IMG/VR virus record: IMGVR_UViG_3300046327_000158 | Coordinates: 16,540 to 80,539 of that record | Reading direction: 5' to 3' (one strand) | DNA: 64,000 bases | Source of the DNA: a virus | Lineage: Duplodnaviria; Heunggongvirae; Uroviricota; Caudoviricetes | Part shown: positions 9,301-17,860 of the stretch, piece by piece | Layout of the letters: every line of letters starts with the position of its first letter | Position numbering within the stretch: position 1 is the stretch's first letter | Program-made: the position numbers and the translations under genes | The notes under the pieces: model-generated | The model's database searches: none | Seen by the model: the letters and a program-made list of their open reading frames with translations, nothing else | What the model was told of the DNA's origin: nothing

Positions 9301-10101
9301 TTAGTCAATTTTTTGAACTAATGCTCTTACTGGATTTGTTGGTGCTGTTACAAAAGTTACAGTTACTGCGAATGGAGTAGTCATTGATCTAGCTATATCT
9401 GCGTAAATTACTTCTCCATTAATAGTGTCAAATAGTTGTACTATTACATCTGATGTACCTAATCCATGTGTTACTGTTTGTGCTCCTGATGTAGCTGTTA
9501 GTGTCGATGCGTAAGACTCTGCTGAGAGTTGTGCTGCTACATATGTTGAAAGTGTTGCTGGTGTTACAGCTCTAACTGTATCTGTTCCAGTATTTACCTC
9601 TGCTTGTGTAGCTATCTCAATTACTCCGACTGCTGTCTCTGAAGCATTGTTTGCTGCGATTGTAAAGGATTCTGCTGTGCCTGATGAAGTATCTGTGATA
9701 GTTATACCATTACCTTGTGTAAGTGCTACACTTGTTACAGTAGCATCACCTGATATAGGTATGTTATAGAAGTTGGTACCGTCATTTGTAAAGGTCCATC
9801 TATCTGTACTCTCATTCCAAACAAGAGATACATTTGCTATTGTTCCCCTTTCTACTTCAATACCGCCATTTTCAGTTGGTGCTGAACCAGTATAATTACT
9901 GTTTAATGTTATTATATTATCAGCAAGGTTAATGGTCTCTGTATTTACTGTAGTTGTAGTACCGTTTATGGTTAGATTACCTGTTATAATTACGTTGTTT
10001 GAGAACGTCTTATCTCCTGCAAAAGTTTGTCCATTTGTTGTAACAATACCTGAAGCTGTAGCTGATGCCGATGGTATGGCTCCGTATGCTACTGCTGACA
10101 T
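9301..10101 (-). CDS. tail fibre protein, distal part (frame continues open upstream to 10470)
   Basis: 266-aa T/G/S/N-rich ORF; same frame is stop-free for 123 further codons upstream with no ATG/GTG/TTG. Confidence 0.6.
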   Translation of the reverse strand: MSAVAYGAIPSASATASGIVTTNGQTFAGDKTFSNNVIITGNLTINGTTTTVNTETINLADNIITLNSNYTGSAPTENGGIEVERGTIANVSLVWNESTDRWTFTNDGTNFYNIPISGDATVTSVALTQGNGITITDTSSGTAESFTIAANNASETAVGVIEIATQAEVNTGTDTVRAVTPATLSTYVAAQLSAESYASTLTATSGAQTVTHGLGTSDVIVQLFDTINGEVIYADIARSMTTPFAVTVTFVTAPTNPVRALVQKID

Positions 10102-10442
10102 ACCTACTCCAGTTAATGACCCAGTTGGTCCTGCTGAAGTTCCTCCTGTCCATGAGAACGCTGTAGGGTACCAGTTTGCTGGTGTAGCTGGTAAAGTTAA
10201 AGTAAGGTTACTTTTTGTTACAAGGTGACCTTGTGCATCATATGTAACGTAAGGTACAATAAATGTACCACCAAAAGCTAATGTTCTTGTAGCACCTGTG
10301 TCTCCAAAGTTACTTGCTGTTATAGCATTAGAGTGGTTGAAAGTAGTTCCAGATAAAGTTAATCCTGTACCTGCTGTGTAAGTTGTGTTTGTATCTGTAG
10401 ATGCTATTGTAATAGTATCTGTTAAGTCGTCTGTAGTTATGG

Positions 10443-10904
10443 TTACATTTGACCTGCTACTGCAAAGTTCTTAAATATGTTTTGAGAAGATCCAAGATCT
10501 GTGTTTGTTATTGTTACTGCCCCTGTTGACCCGCTTACTGAAACTCCAGTTCCTGCTGTAATTGATGTTACAGAGGCTGTACCTCCTGCAATATAATCAA
10601 AAAGTAAATCTGATGTTACAAGGCCAGTACCTCCATTTGCTACTGTAGATGCTATGTCTAGAGCTAATGATACTGCTCCAGTTGTTCCACTTGTTACAGT
10701 TAATTGTGAAGTTGTTGATGCTACACTTGTTATGTCACCTACTGGTGTCCAAGATGTCCCATCGTGTATGTATAATTTTTTATCCCCTACTGTAGAATTA
10801 TAATAAATTTGCCCCTCTACCCCAGTTGGAGGTGTACCTAGTGGGTGAATTACAGCATTCTGTAATTGATTTTTGCTTAAGTCAATGTGAGCTAAAAATT
10901 TCAT
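10443..10904 (-). CDS. tail fibre protein, N-terminal part (conserved fibre N-terminal domain)
   Basis: 153-aa ORF starting MKFLAHIDLSKNQLQNAVIHPLGTPPTGVEGQIYYNSTVGDKKLYIHDGTSW, a motif family seen at N-termini of phage fibres; ends 27 nt inside the open upstream extension of 9301..10101. Confidence 0.6.
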   Translation of the reverse strand: MKFLAHIDLSKNQLQNAVIHPLGTPPTGVEGQIYYNSTVGDKKLYIHDGTSWTPVGDITSVASTTSQLTVTSGTTGAVSLALDIASTVANGGTGLVTSDLLFDYIAGGTASVTSITAGTGVSVSGSTGAVTITNTDLGSSQNIFKNFAVAGQM

Positions 10905-10916
10905 AATTTAGGTTTT

Positions 10917-11276
10917 TTAATTTAAGTAAGCCTTCCCTGAGAAAGATGCTTGGAATCTTATTGTTATTTTATTAGTGTCGTTGTATTCAATATCCCCTAT
11001 AACTACGCTTTCTCCTGAGTCTACTACAAATACTGCTACAAACTTATCTAGGTTGTGCTGTATTTCCCAAACATTAGATGCTGCTAATTGTATATGAACA
11101 TAGTTCTTATCTCCTACTGGTGCTCCTGACGTATCTACTAGAGGTACTGGTACTCCATTTAGATCTGTAATGAATGTTGTTACATCTTCATCCCCAGTAT
11201 TTTTTACGTAGTATACTGAATTTGGTCTTGGATTAGTAGGTAAAACTTTTACTTTATAATGTTTTACTTCTTGCAT
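10917..11276 (-). CDS. hypothetical protein
   Basis: 119-aa ORF in structural operon. Confidence 0.5.
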   Translation of the reverse strand: MQEVKHYKVKVLPTNPRPNSVYYVKNTGDEDVTTFITDLNGVPVPLVDTSGAPVGDKNYVHIQLAASNVWEIQHNLDKFVAVFVVDSGESVVIGDIEYNDTNKITIRFQASFSGKAYLN

Positions 11277-11277
11277 A

Positions 11278-11625
11278 TTACCATTCTAGTTTTTCCCAAT
11301 CACAACATTCGTTGGCCATTGAGTTTAGTTGATCAATACCGTATGGTATATCGTATAATTTAAAATCCTTAATTTTTATTTTGTGTTTAGAACCTTCTAA
11401 ATCACCATTAATTTTTTTAAATACCCAGTCAATTAGTTCACACTCGTCTGTACAAAGCATGTTGTAAAACATCTGAGCGTGTTTTAACTTATCCCTGTCT
11501 AATTCATTACCTACTCCAAATCTTTTGTTTAGGTAATATAAGTCAGCATTAATTAATACATCTTTTTCAAATTTATCAAAGTAATTTTCCTGACTTAGTT
11601 CTAAGTAATTTTGTTGTCCTGCCAT
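11278..11625 (-). CDS. hypothetical protein
   Basis: 115-aa ORF. Confidence 0.5.
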   Translation of the reverse strand: MAGQQNYLELSQENYFDKFEKDVLINADLYYLNKRFGVGNELDRDKLKHAQMFYNMLCTDECELIDWVFKKINGDLEGSKHKIKIKDFKLYDIPYGIDQLNSMANECCDWEKLEW

Positions 11626-11626
11626 C

Positions 11627-12211
11627 TTATATACAGTCTAAACATTCTCCAAATCCTTTTAGTAACGCCTTTGCTTCAGTAAAGAAGCGATCTGCTTTTA
11701 CAAAGTCACCTAATTTTGCATGGGCCTTGGCTACTTTTATTAACCAGTCTATGTCATAAGCTTTCTCTCTAAAACCTTTATCGTTTTTAGAATACTCAAA
11801 GCCATGTTTTACTATTACTTTTGATAATTCTAATTCTGTTCTATCTGTCTTAAGGTAGTACTTTGTTTTTTCAAAATTACTATATCCACTTTTTAAGTTT
11901 ATTGTGTATACACCATCTGGTAGATCTGCATATACCTCATCTTTACAATCATTAGTAAAGCAGGTTATACCTAAGTTGTGGCTATTAAATGCATTTATCG
12001 AGTTCTTCTTAAATGAAAATACTAGTGCTTTTTTTGATCCTGGTAGTGTTATAAGTATGTTTGCCGGTAAAGTCTCTGCATGTACCCAGTCACTATTATC
12101 ACCTATCCAAAGTGTTTGTACTGTAGTTTGTATTACATCAAAGTCTATTTTTATTTCTCCTACTATTTGTGACATCTTGTTTATATTTTTAAAATAGTTT
12201 ATATTGTACAA
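11627..12211 (-). CDS. hypothetical protein
   Basis: 194-aa ORF. Confidence 0.5.
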   Translation of the reverse strand: MYNINYFKNINKMSQIVGEIKIDFDVIQTTVQTLWIGDNSDWVHAETLPANILITLPGSKKALVFSFKKNSINAFNSHNLGITCFTNDCKDEVYADLPDGVYTINLKSGYSNFEKTKYYLKTDRTELELSKVIVKHGFEYSKNDKGFREKAYDIDWLIKVAKAHAKLGDFVKADRFFTEAKALLKGFGECLDCI

Positions 12212-12665
12212 CTATGCCCCAGATAGCTTTTTCCTGGCTGCTAACGCTATAATTTAAACCTGTTGACCATTTACTATACTCTAGTAATAAATTACCGTAA
12301 ATAGAGGGGTTTAATATTGATAGACCGTTTGATCTAATACCTGCGTACCCGTGTAGTTCTATCTTCTTTGGCTTGTTTAGTAATTTATCTTGTGCTTCAA
12401 TGTATAAGTCTTTTTCTAGTAAGACTTCATTTTTTATTGAAAGCTGCCCTTCTAAGTTAGTTACTATGCTTTTAAAATTTGCTATTCTAGAATCTTGCTC
12501 CTTTAACAACTCTTTACAAGAGTCATATTTTACTAAGTCTATTGCTACTAGTTTAGCTTGTCTTTCTGATAGTATTACTAAGCTATCTTTTTTCTGAGTA
12601 TCTATCTGTGAAAAACTGCTGTAACTCACTAACAGTAAAGCTATCAATAATTTTAATTTGCACAT
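12189..12665 (-). CDS. o-spanin-like outer-membrane lysis protein candidate
   Basis: 158 aa; N-terminal signal peptide MCKLKLLIALLLVSYSSFSQ, coiled-coil, beta-rich C-terminus ending in aromatic QYKLF; 5' end overlaps upstream gene by 83 nt in another frame. Confidence 0.4.
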   Translation of the reverse strand: MCKLKLLIALLLVSYSSFSQIDTQKKDSLVILSERQAKLVAIDLVKYDSCKELLKEQDSRIANFKSIVTNLEGQLSIKNEVLLEKDLYIEAQDKLLNKPKKIELHGYAGIRSNGLSILNPSIYGNLLLEYSKWSTGLNYSVSSQEKAIWGIVVQYKLF

Positions 12666-12915
12666 ACTCTTTTTCTTTTATCTTTTTTATTTTCTCTACT
12701 ATTAAAGTATCTGTCTTTTTAAGTAAGACTATCTCTTTTTTATATGTAGCTTCTTTTTCTTCTAATTTTTCTATTTTTGTTTTTAAGTTCTCTGCCTCTA
12801 GTATTAGTTGCTCTCTTTTATTTTGGTAGAATACTATAGAAATAAACCATAGTATAATTAATAATGAGCCTAACCACTGTTCTTTAAAAAACTTAATGAT
12901 TTTTATGATGTCCAT
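12583..12915 (-). CDS. i-spanin-like protein candidate (N-terminal TM plus periplasmic coiled-coil)
   Basis: 110 aa; TM segment LGSLLIILWFISIVFY followed by K/E-rich coiled-coil; adjacent to endolysin. Confidence 0.45.
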   Translation of the reverse strand: MDIIKIIKFFKEQWLGSLLIILWFISIVFYQNKREQLILEAENLKTKIEKLEEKEATYKKEIVLLKKTDTLIVEKIKKIKEKEYVQIKIIDSFTVSELQQFFTDRYSEKR

Positions 12916-12918
12916 AAT

Positions 12919-13383
12919 TTAGCTTTTTATTTGGAAATGCATCCAGTCATAATTCTTTTCTCTCCCTAAGGATTCAAAACCATGCTTATAAAATATATCA
13001 ATCATTTTTTTGTATTCTGGTCTTGCAAATCTTGCAGTCTTTGATGTCTCTTTTAGTTGGTTTCTAGCAGGATCTAAATCTATTGCTATTCCCCAAGAGT
13101 GTGTAGACCATGCTGATCCACCTCTCATTTTTCTGTAGTTAAAGCATCCCCCAAAAAGGTCTATGCCTAGTTCTACTATTTTTTCGTAACCATACTCTTT
13201 TAGCAACTCATTAAATACTGCTATAAAGTTATTTGCTACTAGACTGTGGCACATCATTGTTTTAACTTTAGTATCTGTATCCCAAGCTAATCTCATAGGA
13301 TAAGGCAAAGTGATCTTTGTTAGATATCCATTACCTGTTTCATTTGGTGTACCGTACTTTTTTGTTATTTGTGCTGTTGTCAT
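12919..13383 (-). CDS. endolysin, peptidase M15-family (L-alanyl-D-glutamate peptidase-like)
   Basis: 154 aa; zinc-binding signature [11 protein letters not shown] (H..G.A.D) and C-terminal DWMHFQ. Confidence 0.75.
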   Translation of the reverse strand: MTTAQITKKYGTPNETGNGYLTKITLPYPMRLAWDTDTKVKTMMCHSLVANNFIAVFNELLKEYGYEKIVELGIDLFGGCFNYRKMRGGSAWSTHSWGIAIDLDPARNQLKETSKTARFARPEYKKMIDIFYKHGFESLGREKNYDWMHFQIKS

Positions 13384-13386
13384 TTT

Positions 13387-13818
13387 TTAACCTTTTATTT
13401 CGTCTATGTCGTCTTTCAACTCTTTAGATCTTCTAAGTAATTCTTTTATTTTTTGAAAAACGTCAATTTGAAAAGCCGCTTCAAAATTTTCTTTCATGCT
13501 AGTAAGTTCTATAAATATGATAACCAAAGCTACACATTTTGTGAAAAAGAATGGTATACTAAACCATAACTTAAAAAACTCACCTATTAAAAATTGGTCT
13601 ATTACATACAGTAATAATACTGCAGATTGGTAAAGTACAAACTTCGATACTATATTACTAAGTTTCCTAGATGTAACTTTATCTTTTATCATTACAGCTT
13701 TAGCTATACCTAGCACTGTGTCTAGTGCTATAGCAACTCCTACTGCTATTAATATTCCAACAACCGGTGCAAAAAACACCAATAAAGATGTAACTATATA
13801 TAGTGCATAAGTCTTCAT
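13387..13818 (-). CDS. holin candidate
   Basis: 143 aa, 3-4 predicted TM segments, charged C-terminus, immediately upstream of endolysin. Confidence 0.55.
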   Translation of the reverse strand: MKTYALYIVTSLLVFFAPVVGILIAVGVAIALDTVLGIAKAVMIKDKVTSRKLSNIVSKFVLYQSAVLLLYVIDQFLIGEFFKLWFSIPFFFTKCVALVIIFIELTSMKENFEAAFQIDVFQKIKELLRRSKELKDDIDEIKG

Positions 13819-13863
13819 TTATTTTGTTTTTATTGTATTATATATAGATTTAGATAAAAAAAA

Positions 13864-13884
13864 AGGGAGGAGTTTTTCTCCTCC
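13864..13884 (-). terminator. rho-independent terminator hairpin (GGGAGGAG/CTCCTCCC) with U-run on minus-strand RNA
   Basis: perfect 8-bp GC-rich stem, 5-nt loop, A9 run on plus strand gives U-run after hairpin on the minus transcript. Confidence 0.5.
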
Positions 13885-13902
13885 CTATTTAAGTTTAATT
13901 TA

Positions 13903-14184
13903 TTATTGACACGTATTACATTGTGAACTTGCTGTCATATAACCATCTCCGTTATATGCAAAGTTTCTAAATGTATTTTGAACTCCGTCAGAAGCAAGTA
14001 CTTGTACATTTTCTCCAACTGCTATTGTGTGATTAATAGTTGTTTGGAATTGTTCTAAGTTTGTAATTATTGCTGCTGTCGCATTACATACGTTGTCTCC
14101 ACCTACTAATTGTATACTTATGCTATTTGGATAGAATCCGTCTGTACATACAGTTCCTTCATTTGGAGAAGGCCATGCTGACAT
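13903..14184 (-). CDS. Cys-containing 93-aa ORF; possible in-frame read-through extension of upstream structural gene
   Basis: same frame as 14260..15969, separated by a single TGA and 25 stop-free codons. Confidence 0.45.
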   Translation of the reverse strand: MSAWPSPNEGTVCTDGFYPNSISIQLVGGDNVCNATAAIITNLEQFQTTINHTIAVGENVQVLASDGVQNTFRNFAYNGDGYMTASSQCNTCQ

Positions 14185-14259
14185 TAAAGCATTGTTGTAT
14201 ACTTGTGCACTAGTTATAACATTGTGTACAGGTGCACTAGATGTGGTGGTAGTTTCTCC

Positions 14260-15969
14260 TCAAGCACCAGTAGTTGTAGTTACTGAAGCTACTGGATAAG
14301 CTTCTACAGTTGGTAAACCAGCTGCTGTTGCTAATGCATTAACTAAAGCTTCTACTCCTTGGTATTTACAAGCATCTACTAAGATGTGGTAATCAATATT
14401 TTCTACTACTTCTCCTGAGAATGATTGAGCAAAACGATTTGTTCTAATTCTGATAGAGTAATCTACGTATTGTACTGTTGGTTTCAAGTGTGATTCCTGT
14501 CCTAATACTAATTTACCGTAGTTATTACCTGCTAATCTTTGACGATTTTCAAAGTATACTCTAGTACGCTCTTCTAAGTCATAGAATTGTCCACCTGCTG
14601 CTTCTGGTTCTGTTCCAATAGAAAGAACTTTTACACTGAATCTTCCATTAGATCCCATTTTGAATGACTCAGAAACAAGTCCTGGAGCTGCATTAGCAAT
14701 AGAGATTCTTGTAGAAGAGTAAACGAATGGTAAATCATCTCTGTATTCTTCTGATCCAGCAAAGATATTAACTTTACTTTTCAAGTGAATACCCATAGAA
14801 CTCATACCGTTGTATTGTACTGGTGCTGCTTCCCAACTTACGAATTCGTAAGAATATGGTGCCTCTGCTGAGAACAAGTCTCTTAAGATTGGTGAACACT
14901 CTTCTGAAACAATGTTAGATAATACTGTAGTAGTATAAATTGTTTGACATGCTTGAGAGTCTCCTGCAGTGATAGTTAATTCTGGGTATGCTGCTTGGAT
15001 AGCTTCTAATTTATTATCTCCACAGTTGTCATCTGCCAATTGTAAAGTAAAAGTTTTAGCTACTGCTGTAGCAGTTGCTCCTGCAGTCCATGCAATGTTT
15101 GTTACTGTATCTGTACAATCAGGTGATCCTGCACAATCAGAGTCTTGAGAAGACAATATTTGAGCAAAAGATGCCAAAGTTGTAGATGTTGGTGCTAAGA
15201 TTGCATACTCAGAAACTCCTCCTTTGTAACCTTCTCTCTTAACAATGTGTGCTGGATATTGTGCTTGCACTAATCCTAATGCACTTGCATTACCTGCATC
15301 TTGTACTTTTAAACCAAAGAAAGTGTATTCAGTACCTGTTACAGTTTGTGGGTTTGAGCTATTTACTGGAGTAATATCAATATACTCAGTAATAGGAACT
15401 CCTCCTAGTAAAGTTACTTTTTTCAATCTTTCAACACCTTCTTGAACAATTTTCTCCATGTTAACAGATACCATTTGTCCTGGAATAGCGTTTGGTGCTT
15501 CTAAGTAAAGTTTTACTGTTACTTTTGCTTCTGGGTAACCTAACATACCAATAGCTTCTCCAGCTAATGTGATATCGATAACTTCATTATCCCCCGGTTG
15601 TAATGTTAATGCTGTATCCCAGTTAATCCCATCGTAACCGATGATGAACTCATCTACAGATACTCCTAATTTTGGAGCGTTAACTTTAATGTCTACAACT
15701 TCTGAAAGTTTGAAAGGCATTGAAGAATATGCTTTGTTAGATTGAGAACGAGTTGGTGTCAAAGGTGCGATACCTAATTTCAACTCAAATAATCTATCTT
15801 TTGGTGTTGCTGGAAAAGTGTCTACTACCGCCATACCTAATGCAGATGGTGTAGCTCCTTTATCAACGATACCAAACTGTCCTTTTGCTAATCTTGTAGA
15901 GTAGCCATTACTCATTACTGAACCTTCGTTAGTAACAAATAAAATTGTTTGTGGTGCGTGACTTGCCAT
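14260..15969 (-). CDS. virion structural protein (capsid-associated or tail tube/nozzle)
   Basis: 569-aa ORF in morphogenesis operon downstream of the putative MCP; ends ...VTTTTGA then TGA. Confidence 0.6.
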   Translation of the reverse strand: MASHAPQTILFVTNEGSVMSNGYSTRLAKGQFGIVDKGATPSALGMAVVDTFPATPKDRLFELKLGIAPLTPTRSQSNKAYSSMPFKLSEVVDIKVNAPKLGVSVDEFIIGYDGINWDTALTLQPGDNEVIDITLAGEAIGMLGYPEAKVTVKLYLEAPNAIPGQMVSVNMEKIVQEGVERLKKVTLLGGVPITEYIDITPVNSSNPQTVTGTEYTFFGLKVQDAGNASALGLVQAQYPAHIVKREGYKGGVSEYAILAPTSTTLASFAQILSSQDSDCAGSPDCTDTVTNIAWTAGATATAVAKTFTLQLADDNCGDNKLEAIQAAYPELTITAGDSQACQTIYTTTVLSNIVSEECSPILRDLFSAEAPYSYEFVSWEAAPVQYNGMSSMGIHLKSKVNIFAGSEEYRDDLPFVYSSTRISIANAAPGLVSESFKMGSNGRFSVKVLSIGTEPEAAGGQFYDLEERTRVYFENRQRLAGNNYGKLVLGQESHLKPTVQYVDYSIRIRTNRFAQSFSGEVVENIDYHILVDACKYQGVEALVNALATAAGLPTVEAYPVASVTTTTGA

Positions 15970-16006
15970 TTTTAATTTTAATTTAGTTATTATTTATTTA
16001 TTGTTA

Positions 16007-16672
16007 TTATACTTTTTGTAAAGCTCTTTGCATATCCATTTGATATTTTGGGTCTGAAGAGTTACCTTCAAACAAGCTTGCTGCCATTGATAGTATTCTG
16101 TCTAGAAATTTATCATCAAATTCTGGTGAAAAAGTCTCATCAAATGGGCTTTCTGGATCGTCATCTACTAATGTTTTAATCTGAACAGGGTATCTGTAAT
16201 ATGTTACATACAGTTCATCATTTGAGAATCCGTCTTTGTAAACGTGTAAGTTATTGGATGAAATTGAGAAAGGTGCCTCTCTAGCTAAGAAAGAAGGCTT
16301 ATTAAATTCGTCTTGTAGTATCTCTACCTTATTATCATCTTTTATTTCGTAAAGATTTATTTTTTGATCTTTACATGTTTTATTAGATGCCTTTGTATAT
16401 GCAGAAGAGAAGTCGAAATAATTTTTTGGTAGTAAGAATGTGTCTGCATATTCTACAGACGCTGTTTTTATTATCTTGTGGTTAGGTACTATTATTTGTT
16501 GTATATACCTGATCTCATCACTTTTTTTGTTGTCTAAGATGTATTCTATCATCTTATTTTGAGCTTCGTTAAATACGATTACAAACCTACCTCTATCGCC
16601 TGCAACATTTGAATTTTCAAAGTTGTCATTTACTTTTAATAAAAATTTTATGTAAGCTTGTTCTGTAGTCAT
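16007..16672 (-). CDS. hypothetical structural protein
   Basis: 221-aa ORF. Confidence 0.5.
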   Translation of the reverse strand: MTTEQAYIKFLLKVNDNFENSNVAGDRGRFVIVFNEAQNKMIEYILDNKKSDEIRYIQQIIVPNHKIIKTASVEYADTFLLPKNYFDFSSAYTKASNKTCKDQKINLYEIKDDNKVEILQDEFNKPSFLAREAPFSISSNNLHVYKDGFSNDELYVTYYRYPVQIKTLVDDDPESPFDETFSPEFDDKFLDRILSMAASLFEGNSSDPKYQMDMQRALQKV

Positions 16673-16690
16673 TTTTTTTAAAAAATGGGG

Positions 16691-16711
16691 GTACTTTAAA
16701 TACCCCCGTAT
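16691..16711 (-). terminator. terminator hairpin GGGGGTA/TACCCCC
   Basis: 7-bp GC stem, 7-nt loop, followed by a U-rich run on the minus-strand transcript. Confidence 0.5.
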
Positions 16712-16716
16712 TTATA

Positions 16717-17688
16717 TTACTCAAGAAGTCCTGTAAAAATCTGCTTTAACTCTTTGTCTTCTTTTACTTTTCTAGCAGCATTTTTCCATCCGCTTTCTAA
16801 GAATACATCGTCAATCCAGATCTCTCCTTTTTTATTTTTTACTTTACCTTTTAGGTATAATTCTTTTAACTTAGAGTGGATAAAAATTTCTTCTTCTCCA
16901 TCCTCTGTTTGGTATCTCTCTACTGTCTCAATAAAGATCTTATCATTTTGATACTTATCTTCTTTTGACTTAATATAGTTACCAAATATTGTGTAAAGAA
17001 CTGCATCTTCTGTAGAGTCTGAAGCACTTATTCCTAAGTAGTCTAAAACTCTGATTAAACCTTTTCTATCTGTACTTAATAAGTTGTAGAATAAAGCTGA
17101 TGCTTTTGCTTGTCTCATTTCTTTTTCAGCCTCTCTACTTACAGAGCTTTCTTTATCTACAATGCAATACATTGAAATAGGCTGTTTGAATTCTGGATGA
17201 GATTCCATGTGCTTTGGTGTAACTCTTTTGTGTATCAAAAGTAGGTACAACCTTAGTAAATCTTCTGCTTTTGAAGTGTCAAAGATTTTACCTCTTTGTA
17301 AGTCAATTCTAAATGAGTCCCAAAAACGGTTGTTGTTTGAATTTTGGTCAAGAACATCTACTCCTTTTTCTGCCTCAATTGGCTTAACAATATTATCTTT
17401 TATAGATTTAAGAGCTGCTGCTCTATTGTCTACTTGTACAGCTCTCATGAAAGAGCTAGATGTAGGGTACAAACCTGTATCCCAAATACCTCTCTCTCTA
17501 TCAAAAACTGCTCCTGGAAAAGTGTCTACTACTGTATCGCTCAATACTTTTGTGGTATTGTACTCTTTAAAACCGTCTGGTGCAGAGGTATCTAACTTCT
17601 CTTTTATTTCATACAGTGTATCTTTCTTAAGTTCAAAGTCATAGATCTTAAGGATAACATTATCTGTATCTTTGCTTTTTACTGCCAT
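16717..17688 (-). CDS. hypothetical structural protein
   Basis: 323-aa ORF between putative MCP and downstream structural genes. Confidence 0.55.
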   Translation of the reverse strand: MAVKSKDTDNVILKIYDFELKKDTLYEIKEKLDTSAPDGFKEYNTTKVLSDTVVDTFPGAVFDRERGIWDTGLYPTSSSFMRAVQVDNRAAALKSIKDNIVKPIEAEKGVDVLDQNSNNNRFWDSFRIDLQRGKIFDTSKAEDLLRLYLLLIHKRVTPKHMESHPEFKQPISMYCIVDKESSVSREAEKEMRQAKASALFYNLLSTDRKGLIRVLDYLGISASDSTEDAVLYTIFGNYIKSKEDKYQNDKIFIETVERYQTEDGEEEIFIHSKLKELYLKGKVKNKKGEIWIDDVFLESGWKNAARKVKEDKELKQIFTGLLE

Positions 17689-17768
17689 AATACTTTATTT
17701 TTGGTTACTTAACTTTTTTCTGTGTTGGGTGGTATTCTTTGGTTGGTTTGGTTGGTTGTATTATTATG

Positions 17769-17776
17769 CAAAATTA
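17769..17776 (-). promoter_or_regulatory. Bacteroidetes-type -7 box (TAATTTTG on minus strand) within conserved ATGCAAAATTACAAA motif
   Basis: same 15-nt motif recurs at 29578-29592 upstream of the first minus-strand gene. Confidence 0.4.
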
Positions 17777-17812
17777 CAAATAATATTTAGATTTTGCAAA
17801 TTCGTTAAATAT

Positions 17813-17840
17813 CTTACCCCACCGATTAAGATGGGGTAAG
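17813..17840 (-). terminator. 9-bp stem hairpin CTTACCCCA/TGGGGTAAG after putative capsid gene
   Basis: perfect inverted repeat in MCP 3' UTR; weak U-run, may be an attenuator or processing site. Confidence 0.4.
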
Positions 17841-17860
17841 TATTATTTAACTATTTAATA

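Noticed and set aside
14260-14262. Genome-wide TGA or TAG reassignment (alternative genetic code)
   Set aside because: Virtually all other genes are intact under the standard code. Only this single in-frame TGA is suspicious.
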